DNA of 64,000 nt. It comes from a virus. Where the stretch lies: IMG/VR virus record IMGVR_UViG_3300027747_002377, positions 1-64,000 of that record; one strand, 5' to 3'. Numbering within the stretch: position 1 is the first letter of the stretch; the number at the start of each line of letters is the position of its first letter. A program made the position numbers and the translations under genes. Below are positions 1 through 8,663 of the stretch, piece after piece. Below the pieces are notes generated by a model. The model was not told the origin of the DNA, made no database searches, and saw nothing but the letters and a program-made list of their open reading frames with translations.

Positions 1-1472
1 TATATATGTTTGCACCAGCGGAGCTGATAGTACATTAAATTCGGGAATGAGGTATCCGTTTTATCTTTATAATCTGGTATTTTGTAGAAATTATTAATTG
101 CTATATAACCAAGGTCTCCAAAAACGCCTACACTGTCTCGTTGGTTGGTAATGCTACCATCTTTATTTAGGTACTGGCCACCCTTTGTAGATGTAATTGG
201 TGTTACAGGAAACCTACGTTTCATTACTTCATCATAAAAATTGTACCCATCTCTTCTTGTGTAGTCCTGACAAGTGCATTGGTACCTAACTTCAGTTGTC
301 AAAAATCTTCCAACCTCAAAGCCACGCTGTGCTGGCACAATTGTTTCAGTTAAGCTGTTTGCTGTCTGGGCGCCGTAGCTATCTGTTCGGTAAAAAACAA
401 CTTCATTTGTAGTAGCATCAACAGTTTTTACTGTGTAACCAACATAATCGTCATATCTAAATCCCATAATCAAGCGGTTGACAGTCAGGTTACCACTTGT
501 TGAGCCGCTGTCTATTGTTGTTATCGTAAACTGCGTTGTTGAAGTTACGGTAATAATGTATTGACCGGAACTAATAAGACCACTGGAGACCGAAAGGTAT
601 ACGGTATTACCAGTTGAAAGGCCGTGAACAGACGAACAAGTAACAGTTAACAGCGAACCTACCCTGCTATATGTTGATGAAATACCTGGATCTTTTTCAA
701 TGACCCTATCAACCAAACGCTCATCTGTTAAGAAGCTTGTTGCCGTAGGAAGTGACCGTAATCGTACTCTGGTTTCAGTCCAGCGAATGTCGTTAAATGT
801 AGTTGAAAGCCTTACTGTAACGTTCCCCCCAGTGGACAAAGATGCTGCAGCTGTACATACAAAGGAGTTTTGAGTTACCGATATGATTGGTAATGTTGCA
901 TTAACCCCTGCACCAGAGGTGAAGACGAGGTATATGTTCTCCCCTACGAAAAAACCATGATTCTGTTTTGCAACTGTGATAGTGGTCCCAGATTGGGAGT
1001 AAGTTGCATTTATAGCGTCCCCAAGATAACGAACAGCAAGTATTGGTAAACCGAAGTTATAAAAATTTAATGAGTTAGCGTCCCTAATACCGACCAATTG
1101 ATTGCCAAGTTCTTGATTTGTCGTTGGGAAAGTGAAAACCCGTAATGGTATAAAGACTCCAGGAAACTGCTGGAATGAGCAGTACATCCTGTAATCACCG
1201 CGATTTGCACGTTCCTGAGCAAAAGAACCTAAGACACTCTGTGTAATTGTGTATAGTTCGTAACCACGGCGCCACCTAGTCCAAAGGGAGTCGCGGTCAT
1301 AGAAACGAATGCGGCTTTTATATTTTGCGTCTTTTGGCGTAAATTTAAAAGGGTTTTCATCTGAAAGAAAAGCCTGCAAATCTATTTTTCCAGGGTCCTT
1401 AAAACCGTTAGTCAAACCACCGTCAAAATTTTTTGACGATGACCCGTTAAATCCGTTGGATCCAAAGGGCAT
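1..1472 (-). CDS. Partial CDS running off the window start: two beta-rich 'HG(F/L)xxGxxV/I' repeats plus a SWIM-type Zn finger
   Basis: Not in the ORF track. Partial manual translation from ATG 1472 (MPFGSNGFNG...) gives ...YQCTCQDY... and ...RWCKHI in the same frame. The repeats resemble the one in 1481..2254. Confidence 0.7.
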   Translation of the reverse strand, partial: MPFGSNGFNGSSSKNFDGGLTNGFKDPGKIDLQAFLSDENPFKFTPKDAKYKSRIRFYDRDSLWTRWRRGYELYTITQSVLGSFAQERANRGDYRMYCSFQQFPGVFIPLRVFTFPTTNQELGNQLVGIRDANSLNFYNFGLPILAVRYLGDAINATYSQSGTTITVAKQNHGFFVGENIYLVFTSGAGVNATLPIISVTQNSFVCTAAASLSTGGNVTVRLSTTFNDIRWTETRVRLRSLPTATSFLTDERLVDRVIEKDPGISSTYSRVGSLLTVTCSSVHGLSTGNTVYLSVSSGLISSGQYIITVTSTTQFTITTIDSGSTSGNLTVNRLIMGFRYDDYVGYTVKTVDATTNEVVFYRTDSYGAQTANSLTETIVPAQRGFEVGRFLTTEVRYQCTCQDYTRRDGYNFYDEVMKRRFPVTPITSTKGGQYLNKDGSITNQRDSVGVFGDLGYIAINNFYKIPDYKDKTDTSFPNLMYYQLRWCKHI

Positions 1473-1480
1473 TGTTATAT

Positions 1481-2254
1481 TTAGTAGTAACCAGCTTGCA
1501 CGTTGCAGTAGAAGCCGTTGGTCAAAGAAGTAGTTCCGCTAACAGAAACGTACAGAGCTTGACCACGTTGCAGCATTAGCCCGCGCATTTTGGGTGAGAC
1601 AGTGCTATTGGTGCTGGTAAAGTTTGCACCGGCTTGGGGAACTGGATGGTTAATATAAGGCAGAACAAGATTCGTGGTGAGACTGTACTCAACATTTTCA
1701 TAAGTCGCTGGCACACTGGCAACAAATAAAGGATAAAATTGATTTGTATTTGTAATCGTGCCAGAGCTTATAAGGTAGAAACCAAAATCAATTGGTTGAT
1801 AAACACTAACGTTGCCGCTGGTAGTAAGAGATCCTGCGCTTGTTACTGTGAATGTAGTTGGAGTTACAGCTGTAACTACTGCAACTTCATCGACTGCTGT
1901 ACCACTGGTGTAATCTAGGCCAACCTTTTGACCAACGCGGAGGTTATGGTTGGTAAGAGTAACTACTACAGAAGTTGTACCACCTTGGGTATATGTACCG
2001 GCACCAGCTGATTGTGCGTCGATAAAGGTATTGTTATTCTTTGTGTAACGGAACCAAATCTCATCAATATATGCGCCACTGATTGAAGTATCTGTTTGTG
2101 CAGAATCACAGTCAAATACTTTTGTACAGTTACCAACAGCCGTTGGGATCAGGCTTGTAGAAAACAGTTGACCGGACGCTACGGTGACAAGCGTGCTTAG
2201 GTTAGCAGGCCTGTCAATTAGCATAGGCTGCTTGTTTGAGGAGGATGAAGCCAA
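1481..2254 (-). CDS. Putative virion structural protein, Thr/Ser/Gly-rich beta protein
   Basis: Composition, NHNLRVGQKV repeat unit, location in the structural operon. Confidence 0.55.
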   Translation of the reverse strand: MASSSSNKQPMLIDRPANLSTLVTVASGQLFSTSLIPTAVGNCTKVFDCDSAQTDTSISGAYIDEIWFRYTKNNNTFIDAQSAGAGTYTQGGTTSVVVTLTNHNLRVGQKVGLDYTSGTAVDEVAVVTAVTPTTFTVTSAGSLTTSGNVSVYQPIDFGFYLISSGTITNTNQFYPLFVASVPATYENVEYSLTTNLVLPYINHPVPQAGANFTSTNSTVSPKMRGLMLQRGQALYVSVSGTTSLTNGFYCNVQAGYY

Positions 2255-2415
2255 GGCTCTATTTGGTTACTGTTGTTTTAATTGTAGCGTAGTTGTATCG
2301 AACACCGCTGCGCTATTGACTGGGCAGGTTCCTTTCAAGTTTTTTGATCTGCTTCTGATGTTCTTTTTCTTTTAGCCACCGTTCAAAGAATTTAATCTCA
2401 GCTGCACTAAAAAAC

Positions 2416-2640
2416 TCAGGCTGGTTTAGAGCGTTGAGGACCAGCTTCTTTGTCTTTCCCACGACGGGCTCCATTTTTCTCTTCTATTTTAGCGCGTGCT
2501 TTGCCCAGTGCTTCCTTGCGGCGCTCCTTATCGCCTTCTTTTTTCTCTTCAGCTGTAGTCTCTTTGGACTCACTACCGCCTTCTGCTTTCTTTTTGAAGT
2601 GTGCCAGCAGCTGGGGAGGCATGCGGTTTTTATCAGCCAT
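2416..2640 (-). CDS. Small Lys/Glu-rich hypothetical protein
   Basis: MPPQLLAHFKKK motif, tight operon packing. Confidence 0.6.
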   Translation of the reverse strand: MADKNRMPPQLLAHFKKKAEGGSESKETTAEEKKEGDKERRKEALGKARAKIEEKNGARRGKDKEAGPQRSKPA

Positions 2641-2642
2641 TG

Positions 2643-2972
2643 TTACTGAGGAATCTCGGGGGTTCTAAGTTCGGCGCTTCCTACGTCAAGACGTTTGAAA
2701 GCAGAAGGAAGACCAGTGCCTTGCTTTACATCATAGTTTAAAGCATCCAATACGTCACCAGCCATACGTTGACGGCGTTGACCCTGTGGTTTAGCTGAAA
2801 CATACTGCCTTTTAGGCGGTTCATCAAAGGGCATTTGATCTTGCCTGACTCCAAGGGTATAGCCAAGGTCTGCGTGTGGTCTGTTAGCTGGTTGATCCTG
2901 AGGCTGCCTTTGGTGGTCGTCTGGGTGCCGAGGAAGACGTGTTCTTACGTTACGTTGTCCGTGTATACTCAT
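2643..2972 (-). CDS. Hypothetical protein with RMAGD motif
   Basis: ORF with ATGA overlap to the upstream gene. Confidence 0.6.
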   Translation of the reverse strand: MSIHGQRNVRTRLPRHPDDHQRQPQDQPANRPHADLGYTLGVRQDQMPFDEPPKRQYVSAKPQGQRRQRMAGDVLDALNYDVKQGTGLPSAFKRLDVGSAELRTPEIPQ

Positions 2973-3268
2973 CGTGAATAATTCCCGTACAAGTTATTTT
3001 GTGTTGAGTTCCTGGCTAGGTCTACGGGAGGAAGTGGATCTGAGTGTGATCGGGAAACCTCTTTCATGTACGCTGGATTGTTTAACTGAAACTGAGGCTT
3101 CTCAATACCATTGTACGCAACAACGTAGGGACAATGCATTGTTTTATCCGTACGCTTCATGTTAAACGGGTCACTAAAGCCTGCAGTTGTAATGCTTCCA
3201 TCACCGTACAAGTTCCCGTACGTGACGGGAAAGCTTGGATCATAACCAGGGACCTGAGCAAATCTCAT
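2969..3268 (-). CDS. Hypothetical protein
   Basis: ORF in operon. Confidence 0.6.
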   Translation of the reverse strand: MRFAQVPGYDPSFPVTYGNLYGDGSITTAGFSDPFNMKRTDKTMHCPYVVAYNGIEKPQFQLNNPAYMKEVSRSHSDPLPPVDLARNSTQNNLYGNYSR

Positions 3269-3405
3269 AATGTTTAACTTAAGTAATTTTGTTGAGAACT
3301 CAAGATTTTCTGCATTGAAAGTATGTACGGATTTTCTTGCAAAGTTGGTGCAGCCGGGAACTCAGTAGAAGATAAGCCGCGACTTACCATAAATTGTTTT
3401 AAATT
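3266..3405. repeat. 140-bp exact direct repeat, copy 1
   Basis: Identical to 3937..4076 by direct comparison. Confidence 0.95.
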
Positions 3406-3939
3406 TGATAGGGCATCTGTTGGCTCGCCGCCAGGAGTACCTGGAATCAAGACAAAAGTATTACCAGTGCTTTGATTTTGTACTGGTTGACTTTGCTGTG
3501 TTTTCTGTTGTGTCGGAATAGTTGGAGCCTGGCCTGGCATTACATCAGTCAGATTACCTTCTGGTGTTTTGTATCGACCAGTAGCAAGCCATTCTAATTG
3601 TTGATCTGATAATGGCGCTTTGCCTGGTAATGCTAAATGAACATGAGTATCATGACCAGGGTCTCCAGGTCCAAACGTTTCAGCAAAAGTCCCAAGCTTC
3701 TTAGCTCTCCAAGCCAATTCTCCTGTTCGTTGTTTCCAGCTTTTTGGCGTTCCTCCTTCGTAAGCTGGTGCCATATCAGGACGCCAGTCTGTTATATCAA
3801 TTGCTTCTCCACCTGGAGCATAGTGATAAGAGCCCTTGGCATGACCGCCAGAAACGCCGCCAAATGCAGGATTTTCTCCTATTGTCAGCCCACGTTCCCG
3901 AAGAAATCTACCTACGTCAACAATAGATCTGTCGGCCAT
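3274..3939 (-). CDS. Virion-associated Zn-dependent peptidoglycan peptidase (M15/LAS-like) with shared C-terminal tag
   Basis: GHxxGSYHY-x5-AID ... HDTHVH metal-binding motifs. Confidence 0.65.
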   Translation of the reverse strand: MADRSIVDVGRFLRERGLTIGENPAFGGVSGGHAKGSYHYAPGGEAIDITDWRPDMAPAYEGGTPKSWKQRTGELAWRAKKLGTFAETFGPGDPGHDTHVHLALPGKAPLSDQQLEWLATGRYKTPEGNLTDVMPGQAPTIPTQQKTQQSQPVQNQSTGNTFVLIPGTPGGEPTDALSNLKQFMVSRGLSSTEFPAAPTLQENPYILSMQKILSSQQNYLS

Positions 3940-4076
3940 AATGTTTAACTTAAGTAATTTTGTTGAGAACTCAAGATTTTCTGCATTGAAAGTATGTACG
4001 GATTTTCTTGCAAAGTTGGTGCAGCCGGGAACTCAGTAGAAGATAAGCCGCGACTTACCATAAATTGTTTTAAATT
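3937..4076. repeat. 140-bp exact direct repeat, copy 2
   Basis: Identical to 3266..3405. Confidence 0.95.
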
Positions 4077-4649
4077 CGACAGAGCATCCGTTGGTTCCTT
4101 GTCTCCAGTATAAACAATAAAAGTGTTGCCACCCTGGGAAACAGGTTGTTGTGGTTGTTCTGCACTTGGAACTTGAGAAGTAGGTACTCCAACACCTTTT
4201 GATAGCCGCTCAGATAAACTTTTAGCTAAACCAGGGTTAGTTTGAAAGTAAAAATTACCTTTAGGGTCAAACATAACGTCGCCCTTTTGTTTATTGCCAA
4301 GCAAGCTTTGACCACGGAACTGCTCAGCACCTTGCCCGGTTTGGAACGCCTGCACCATCTGTGAAGGATTTTCAAACATTTGTTCAATTTGTTTATACCT
4401 TGAACCATGCACTTTGGTGCCGTAATTAGGATCAGTTACTTGTGCACGCGTATAAGGATCGTTAGCAACAAACTGCTGGGGTGCCTTTACAAGGTCAGCA
4501 ATATTTCCACCGCTTTTAAATTTTCGAGTTAAGATCGTTTGTAAGACACCCAATGGATCTCTTCCAGGACCAGCTTCTCCAGAAGCGGTGAAAAGTGCAG
4601 CGGCTTTTTCCTGTGGCGTTAAACCTAAAATTTGACTTGTGGTAGGCAT
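3945..4649 (-). CDS. SleB/Hydrolase_2-like cell wall hydrolase with shared C-terminal tag
   Basis: xGEAG catalytic-Glu motif, 'VKAPQQF', terminal 'GNFYF'. Start revised to ATG 4649 (MPTTSQ) to avoid overlap with the upstream gene. Confidence 0.55.
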   Translation of the reverse strand: MPTTSQILGLTPQEKAAALFTASGEAGPGRDPLGVLQTILTRKFKSGGNIADLVKAPQQFVANDPYTRAQVTDPNYGTKVHGSRYKQIEQMFENPSQMVQAFQTGQGAEQFRGQSLLGNKQKGDVMFDPKGNFYFQTNPGLAKSLSERLSKGVGVPTSQVPSAEQPQQPVSQGGNTFIVYTGDKEPTDALSNLKQFMVSRGLSSTEFPAAPTLQENPYILSMQKILSSQQNYLS

Positions 4650-4662
4650 ATCGTTAATCTCC

Positions 4663-5142
4663 TCAGCGGAAACTATTTGAAAGCATGAGCCTAGTGCCAA
4701 CGGCAACGTCAGCAGGGCCTGGTAGCGCCTGAATAAATTCGGCGCCTTCTCGATTAAACCTATACCGAGCCTGTTCAGGGTTTCGGTAATTTGGAACATA
4801 AAGATGTAGAGCTAATCGATCCGTCTCGTATATATAAATTGTCGTCCAAGTTTTAAGCGTTTCTTTAAAATCAGAAGTCGCAATCGTACGATCTACGTCA
4901 CCTGCAATGCTTTCAATACGATTACGTGGAACAGTATTGTTGTTAACGCTACCAGTCATGTCAGTGCGTTTCTCTGCTTGGTCGCACCGACCGATCTGTT
5001 CGACAATTTTTGAATACCAGAACGAATCCGGAATGTTGTTGACAGCTTCCTCAAGACGGGCCTGGTCACCGGCAGGGACACTTGTAGTGTTGTATCCCAG
5101 GTGCCAGCGAACTTTTGACTTGAGGAAACTATCGAGTTGCAT
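4663..5142 (-). CDS. Putative head-tail adaptor/neck protein
   Basis: 'KVRWHLGY' N-terminus, helical, downstream of the capsid genes. Confidence 0.4.
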   Translation of the reverse strand: MQLDSFLKSKVRWHLGYNTTSVPAGDQARLEEAVNNIPDSFWYSKIVEQIGRCDQAEKRTDMTGSVNNNTVPRNRIESIAGDVDRTIATSDFKETLKTWTTIYIYETDRLALHLYVPNYRNPEQARYRFNREGAEFIQALPGPADVAVGTRLMLSNSFR

Positions 5143-5582
5143 TACTCAACGCGGATAAGATTTTCTTTAAGAATTTCATCCCAGTCAACTCGTTTGATAG
5201 ATTTGAGTTGTTCTAGTTTGACAAACTTCTCACCAGACATTGAAGATTGGAGGTCCTTAATGTCTCGTGCTGTCTTCAATCCTACACCCGGTAATGCATC
5301 GGCAATCTGCCTTGCACTAGCAGTATTGATATTAATTCTAATATCAACTGGGAATGTTTCCCTGTTAGTTACTTTCGCAGGCTTGACACCTTCTTCTTCA
5401 AGCTGCGCTACAAGGCGTTCTTCTGTACGAATTTTTTCGTTGGTGGCGTCAAGATGAGGAATTAGATCCGATTCTTCTACGTACCAAACCTCATCTTGAG
5501 AATCCACGCACATGAGGATGCCTTCCCCATGTTGAGAAACAACTTCAAGAAGGGAGCCGGTGGGCTTGTATTGATACAGCAT
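5142..5582 (-). CDS. Helix-hairpin-helix DNA-binding protein (ComEA-like C-terminus)
   Basis: ININTAS...LPGVGLKTARDI HhH signature. Confidence 0.75.
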   Translation of the reverse strand: MLYQYKPTGSLLEVVSQHGEGILMCVDSQDEVWYVEESDLIPHLDATNEKIRTEERLVAQLEEEGVKPAKVTNRETFPVDIRININTASARQIADALPGVGLKTARDIKDLQSSMSGEKFVKLEQLKSIKRVDWDEILKENLIRVE

Positions 5583-5641
5583 TCGAGAAATGAAATGACA
5601 GATACCACTACAATACCCACCTTAACCCTTATTGACTAGTA

Positions 5642-6463
5642 TCAGATGTCGTCGCCGCCAACCTGAGAAGCAAAGTCAATGAAGCCCTGGATGTCATTCC
5701 AGGAAACAGCTGCAGCGGGACGCAGGTAGTTTACACGGCACACGAGGTAACCGGCTTGACCAGCATCAGAAGCAGCTTGGCTGATGAACACGCCAGCACC
5801 GTTAACGGAGGTAGCGGTTACGCCAGTGGTGTTGAACACCTTGAACGTGGTGTTAGAGGTGACCTTGTAGAACATGGAGTTCGCGAGGTCAGCCGCCACG
5901 ATACCGCCAGTGGTTACGGAGGTAGGGAACGGAACGATACCAGCAGTACCACCACCCGAAACAGCGCCAGCACCTTGAGCAAACAAGCTGGAGGCAGCAG
6001 TGAGGTAGGAGGTAGCAGCAGCCAGACCGTTGGCCTGGGTGCTAGGGATACCGTAAGGTGAGCCACTGTTGTTAGGACCCAAGAGCAGAAGCTCTGTAGA
6101 GGTGCCACCGATGTCAGCAGTCACAGGATCGGCAGGGAAGCCGATTGTGGTTGTGTCCTGAGCTACAGCGATAGAAGCGCCGTAAATATAGGCAGGACGC
6201 AAAGTGCTTGCGTTAACCGTCAGAGAGGTGCGGTTATCGCGTACACGATCATCAGGGCGACGATCAGGTGAAGGTACGGTGATGTCGAAGCTCTTGTAGC
6301 TAGCCTTATCGGCAGACAAGTTGCTAATCTTTACATAACCGACCATTTCAAAAGCTTCAATGCCGGGCCAGGCATATACACCTTCAGTGTTGAAGGAGGA
6401 GAGGCGATTGATTTGAGCGCCGGGCTGGAGAATGTTACCAGCGTTTGACTTGTAGGTTGCCAT
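5642..6463 (-). CDS. Abundant structural protein (capsid decoration or tail component)
   Basis: Directly after the MCP, strong SD (AGGAGG), Ala/Gly/Ser/Thr-rich. Confidence 0.55.
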   Translation of the reverse strand: MATYKSNAGNILQPGAQINRLSSFNTEGVYAWPGIEAFEMVGYVKISNLSADKASYKSFDITVPSPDRRPDDRVRDNRTSLTVNASTLRPAYIYGASIAVAQDTTTIGFPADPVTADIGGTSTELLLLGPNNSGSPYGIPSTQANGLAAATSYLTAASSLFAQGAGAVSGGGTAGIVPFPTSVTTGGIVAADLANSMFYKVTSNTTFKVFNTTGVTATSVNGAGVFISQAASDAGQAGYLVCRVNYLRPAAAVSWNDIQGFIDFASQVGGDDI

Positions 6464-6482
6464 TTTTAGTTACCTCCTATCC

Positions 6483-7625
6483 TCAAATAATGGTGAAAGC
6501 AGAGGTGATGAAGTCCTTGTTCAGGTTAGCAAAACCGGCGTACAGCTGCCAAATCAGGATGATGAAGCGGCTGAAGTCGTCGTTGTTGTTGATCAGAACC
6601 TGAGCATTAGGACCACCGATGCCTACGCCAACAGCCTGAGGACCAAAGAAAAGGCCAGGAGGAGTTGTATGAGTAATGGCACCAGAACCGTCACCGATAT
6701 CAACGGTGATGGATTTATCAGCAAAGTTGGTTGATTCGAAGAAGCGAACACCTTCAAATACAAAACCGGTAGGCATTACAGGTTCACCAGCCACGAACAT
6801 GGCTTGGCCGTACTGACCACCGCCATAGATGGCTTGGTTAGGAGCGCCAGCACCCATCAGAGGGTTGCCTTGGCCCATGCCTGGGTAACGAGCCACTTCA
6901 CGGAAGCCTTGGTCAGCGCGGAGATCCTTCATGAATGAAGGGTCAGCAACGCAACGGTAGTAACCATCTTGGAACACGGGAACGTTGCGCTTACGCAGCT
7001 GACGAACCACTTCCAGAAGGTCGGTCTTCACGTTGAACTTGTAGCGTTCTGAGGCGTACTCAGTAGCGCTATAGGAGTTCAGGGTAGTGGAGGCAGACTT
7101 AGTCTTGCCATTGGGGTAGTAGTAACCGCCTTGGGTATCGCCAGAGGCGCCACGGGACTCAGACTTGGCCATTTCATCAAGGAACACACGGTCCCTCCAA
7201 CGGCGGTAGTCGTCCAGCAGGGTCAGCGAACCGATGGACTGGTGGAACATGTTAAGGTTCCCGGTGTCCAGCAGCAGACGCTGAGCGGTCATCAGGGTCT
7301 CACGAGCAATCTTGAAGGTACTCGGGAGGTTGGTGTTGTTCGGGTCAGCAGGACCGGTGTACTCACGCAAGGAAACAAGAACCTTGTCCTTTACGATGGC
7401 ACGGCTGCTAGCGGTACCGATGGTTTGATCTTGGGTACGCTCGCGGCTGGTCTTCGTCCCAGGGTTGCCCCAGAAACGATAACGGTCTAACTGTACAGTC
7501 TGACCAGGTTGTTTGGTAAAGTCATGGACCACGACGGGCTCAGCCGCCATTTCCACAATGTAAGCTGGGTGAGGGCGGTAAAGTTCCGCACCCAACAGCT
7601 TAGGAAAATCGTTATCGATAAACAT
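6483..7625 (-). CDS. Major capsid protein (HK97 fold, N4-gp56-like)
   Basis: 380 aa; PGQTVQLDRY, LRKRNVP, GVRFFES, GPQAVG motifs; follows portal and scaffold. Confidence 0.85.
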   Translation of the reverse strand: MFIDNDFPKLLGAELYRPHPAYIVEMAAEPVVVHDFTKQPGQTVQLDRYRFWGNPGTKTSRERTQDQTIGTASSRAIVKDKVLVSLREYTGPADPNNTNLPSTFKIARETLMTAQRLLLDTGNLNMFHQSIGSLTLLDDYRRWRDRVFLDEMAKSESRGASGDTQGGYYYPNGKTKSASTTLNSYSATEYASERYKFNVKTDLLEVVRQLRKRNVPVFQDGYYRCVADPSFMKDLRADQGFREVARYPGMGQGNPLMGAGAPNQAIYGGGQYGQAMFVAGEPVMPTGFVFEGVRFFESTNFADKSITVDIGDGSGAITHTTPPGLFFGPQAVGVGIGGPNAQVLINNNDDFSRFIILIWQLYAGFANLNKDFITSAFTII

Positions 7626-7737
7626 AGTGGTTACTCAGCGTAAAGAGTTAGCTGAAACCTGAGGTAGAACACCTCAAAGTATCTGGAACATTTGCTCCAT
7701 TATAAAAATTATAGCAAAGACTTACTTATCTTGATTA

Positions 7738-8031
7738 TTAACCCATTGGATGAAACTGTGGATCCACACCAGTGTAACCATCAACCATATTTCCGTACCG
7801 ATAAGATGTAGGTGCCATGGCGCCCATCATGTGATAAGGATTAGTCGTGGGAGTCTGCAGAGCAATCTGCTGAGCTTGAATTTCAGGATTAATACCAGCA
7901 CCTTGTGATTGGGCTAAGGCAATCATTTGTGCATTGGCTTGCTGCTGTTCAGCTTGGTTAGCAGAGGCTTTCTTCTGGCTGCTACGAGCTTTGGCCTTTG
8001 TCTTAGCAGTCTTTGCTTTCTTGGCGTCCAT
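7738..8031 (-). CDS. Hypothetical protein with Lys/Ala-rich N-terminus
   Basis: ORF in head operon. Confidence 0.6.
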   Translation of the reverse strand: MDAKKAKTAKTKAKARSSQKKASANQAEQQQANAQMIALAQSQGAGINPEIQAQQIALQTPTTNPYHMMGAMAPTSYRYGNMVDGYTGVDPQFHPMG

Positions 8032-8585
8032 CAGCGGCGACCTTTTTGTTGGGGTTGTGGTGGCATTGCGCCAATAGGAAGCTGTCCGGTTGGCGGCATG
8101 TAACCGGTCATCATTTGTTGTTGATATGCCGTACCTTGATCTTGATTTATTTGTGCGGCCCTTAGATTATGACTTGCCAACACACCATACTGAGGTAGTG
8201 GTGAACCAAATGTATTTAGATTCAAGTAGCCCATTTGAAGATCTTGGGGCATAGGTGAACCTTGTACATGTGGGGAACCAATTTGAATGGCGTCACCAGC
8301 CATACGGCCTTTTTTGTTTTGTTGGTTAGCAACTGCTGCTCCTACTGCCGCGCCTGCACCAAGACCGGCAATACCGGCTGCTGCAACTCCACCCCATGAT
8401 GGTGGGCCTGGAGGAGGAGGAGTAGTTACTGAAGAAAGGAATTGAGAAGCACGATTGCCTACGCTGGTTGCTGCTTGCCCAACTGCTTGACCTACTGGAC
8501 CTTCTTGGACGGCCTGTACGCCTTTTTTTACTGCTGCACCTGCGCCAGTTACAGCAGATTGAACGCCCTGCGGCATGTTAAACAT
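8031..8585 (-). CDS. Gly/Ala/Gln-rich putative internal virion protein
   Basis: Hydrophobic Gly/Ala segment, RMAGD motif. Confidence 0.55.
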   Translation of the reverse strand: MFNMPQGVQSAVTGAGAAVKKGVQAVQEGPVGQAVGQAATSVGNRASQFLSSVTTPPPPGPPSWGGVAAAGIAGLGAGAAVGAAVANQQNKKGRMAGDAIQIGSPHVQGSPMPQDLQMGYLNLNTFGSPLPQYGVLASHNLRAAQINQDQGTAYQQQMMTGYMPPTGQLPIGAMPPQPQQKGRR

Positions 8586-8606
8586 TTCTATATCCCTATA
8601 TGTAAT

Positions 8607-8632
8607 AAAAAAGGGGTAGCACTTACTACCCC
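8607..8632 (-). terminator. Rho-independent terminator after the scaffold gene
   Basis: GGGGTAG-taagtg-CTACCCC-TTTTTT on the minus strand. Confidence 0.75.
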
Positions 8633-8663
8633 ATATTCTAAACTAAATTGATCAAACTATTGA

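Noticed and set aside
3266-4076. Diversity-generating retroelement TR/VR pair
   Set aside because: The copies are identical rather than differing at adenines, both are coding 3' ends, and there is no reverse transcriptase in the window.
4650-4799. N-terminal 50 aa of track ORF 3945..4799 as a signal peptide
   Set aside because: It overlaps the upstream gene in another frame; ATG 4649 fits the operon spacing better.
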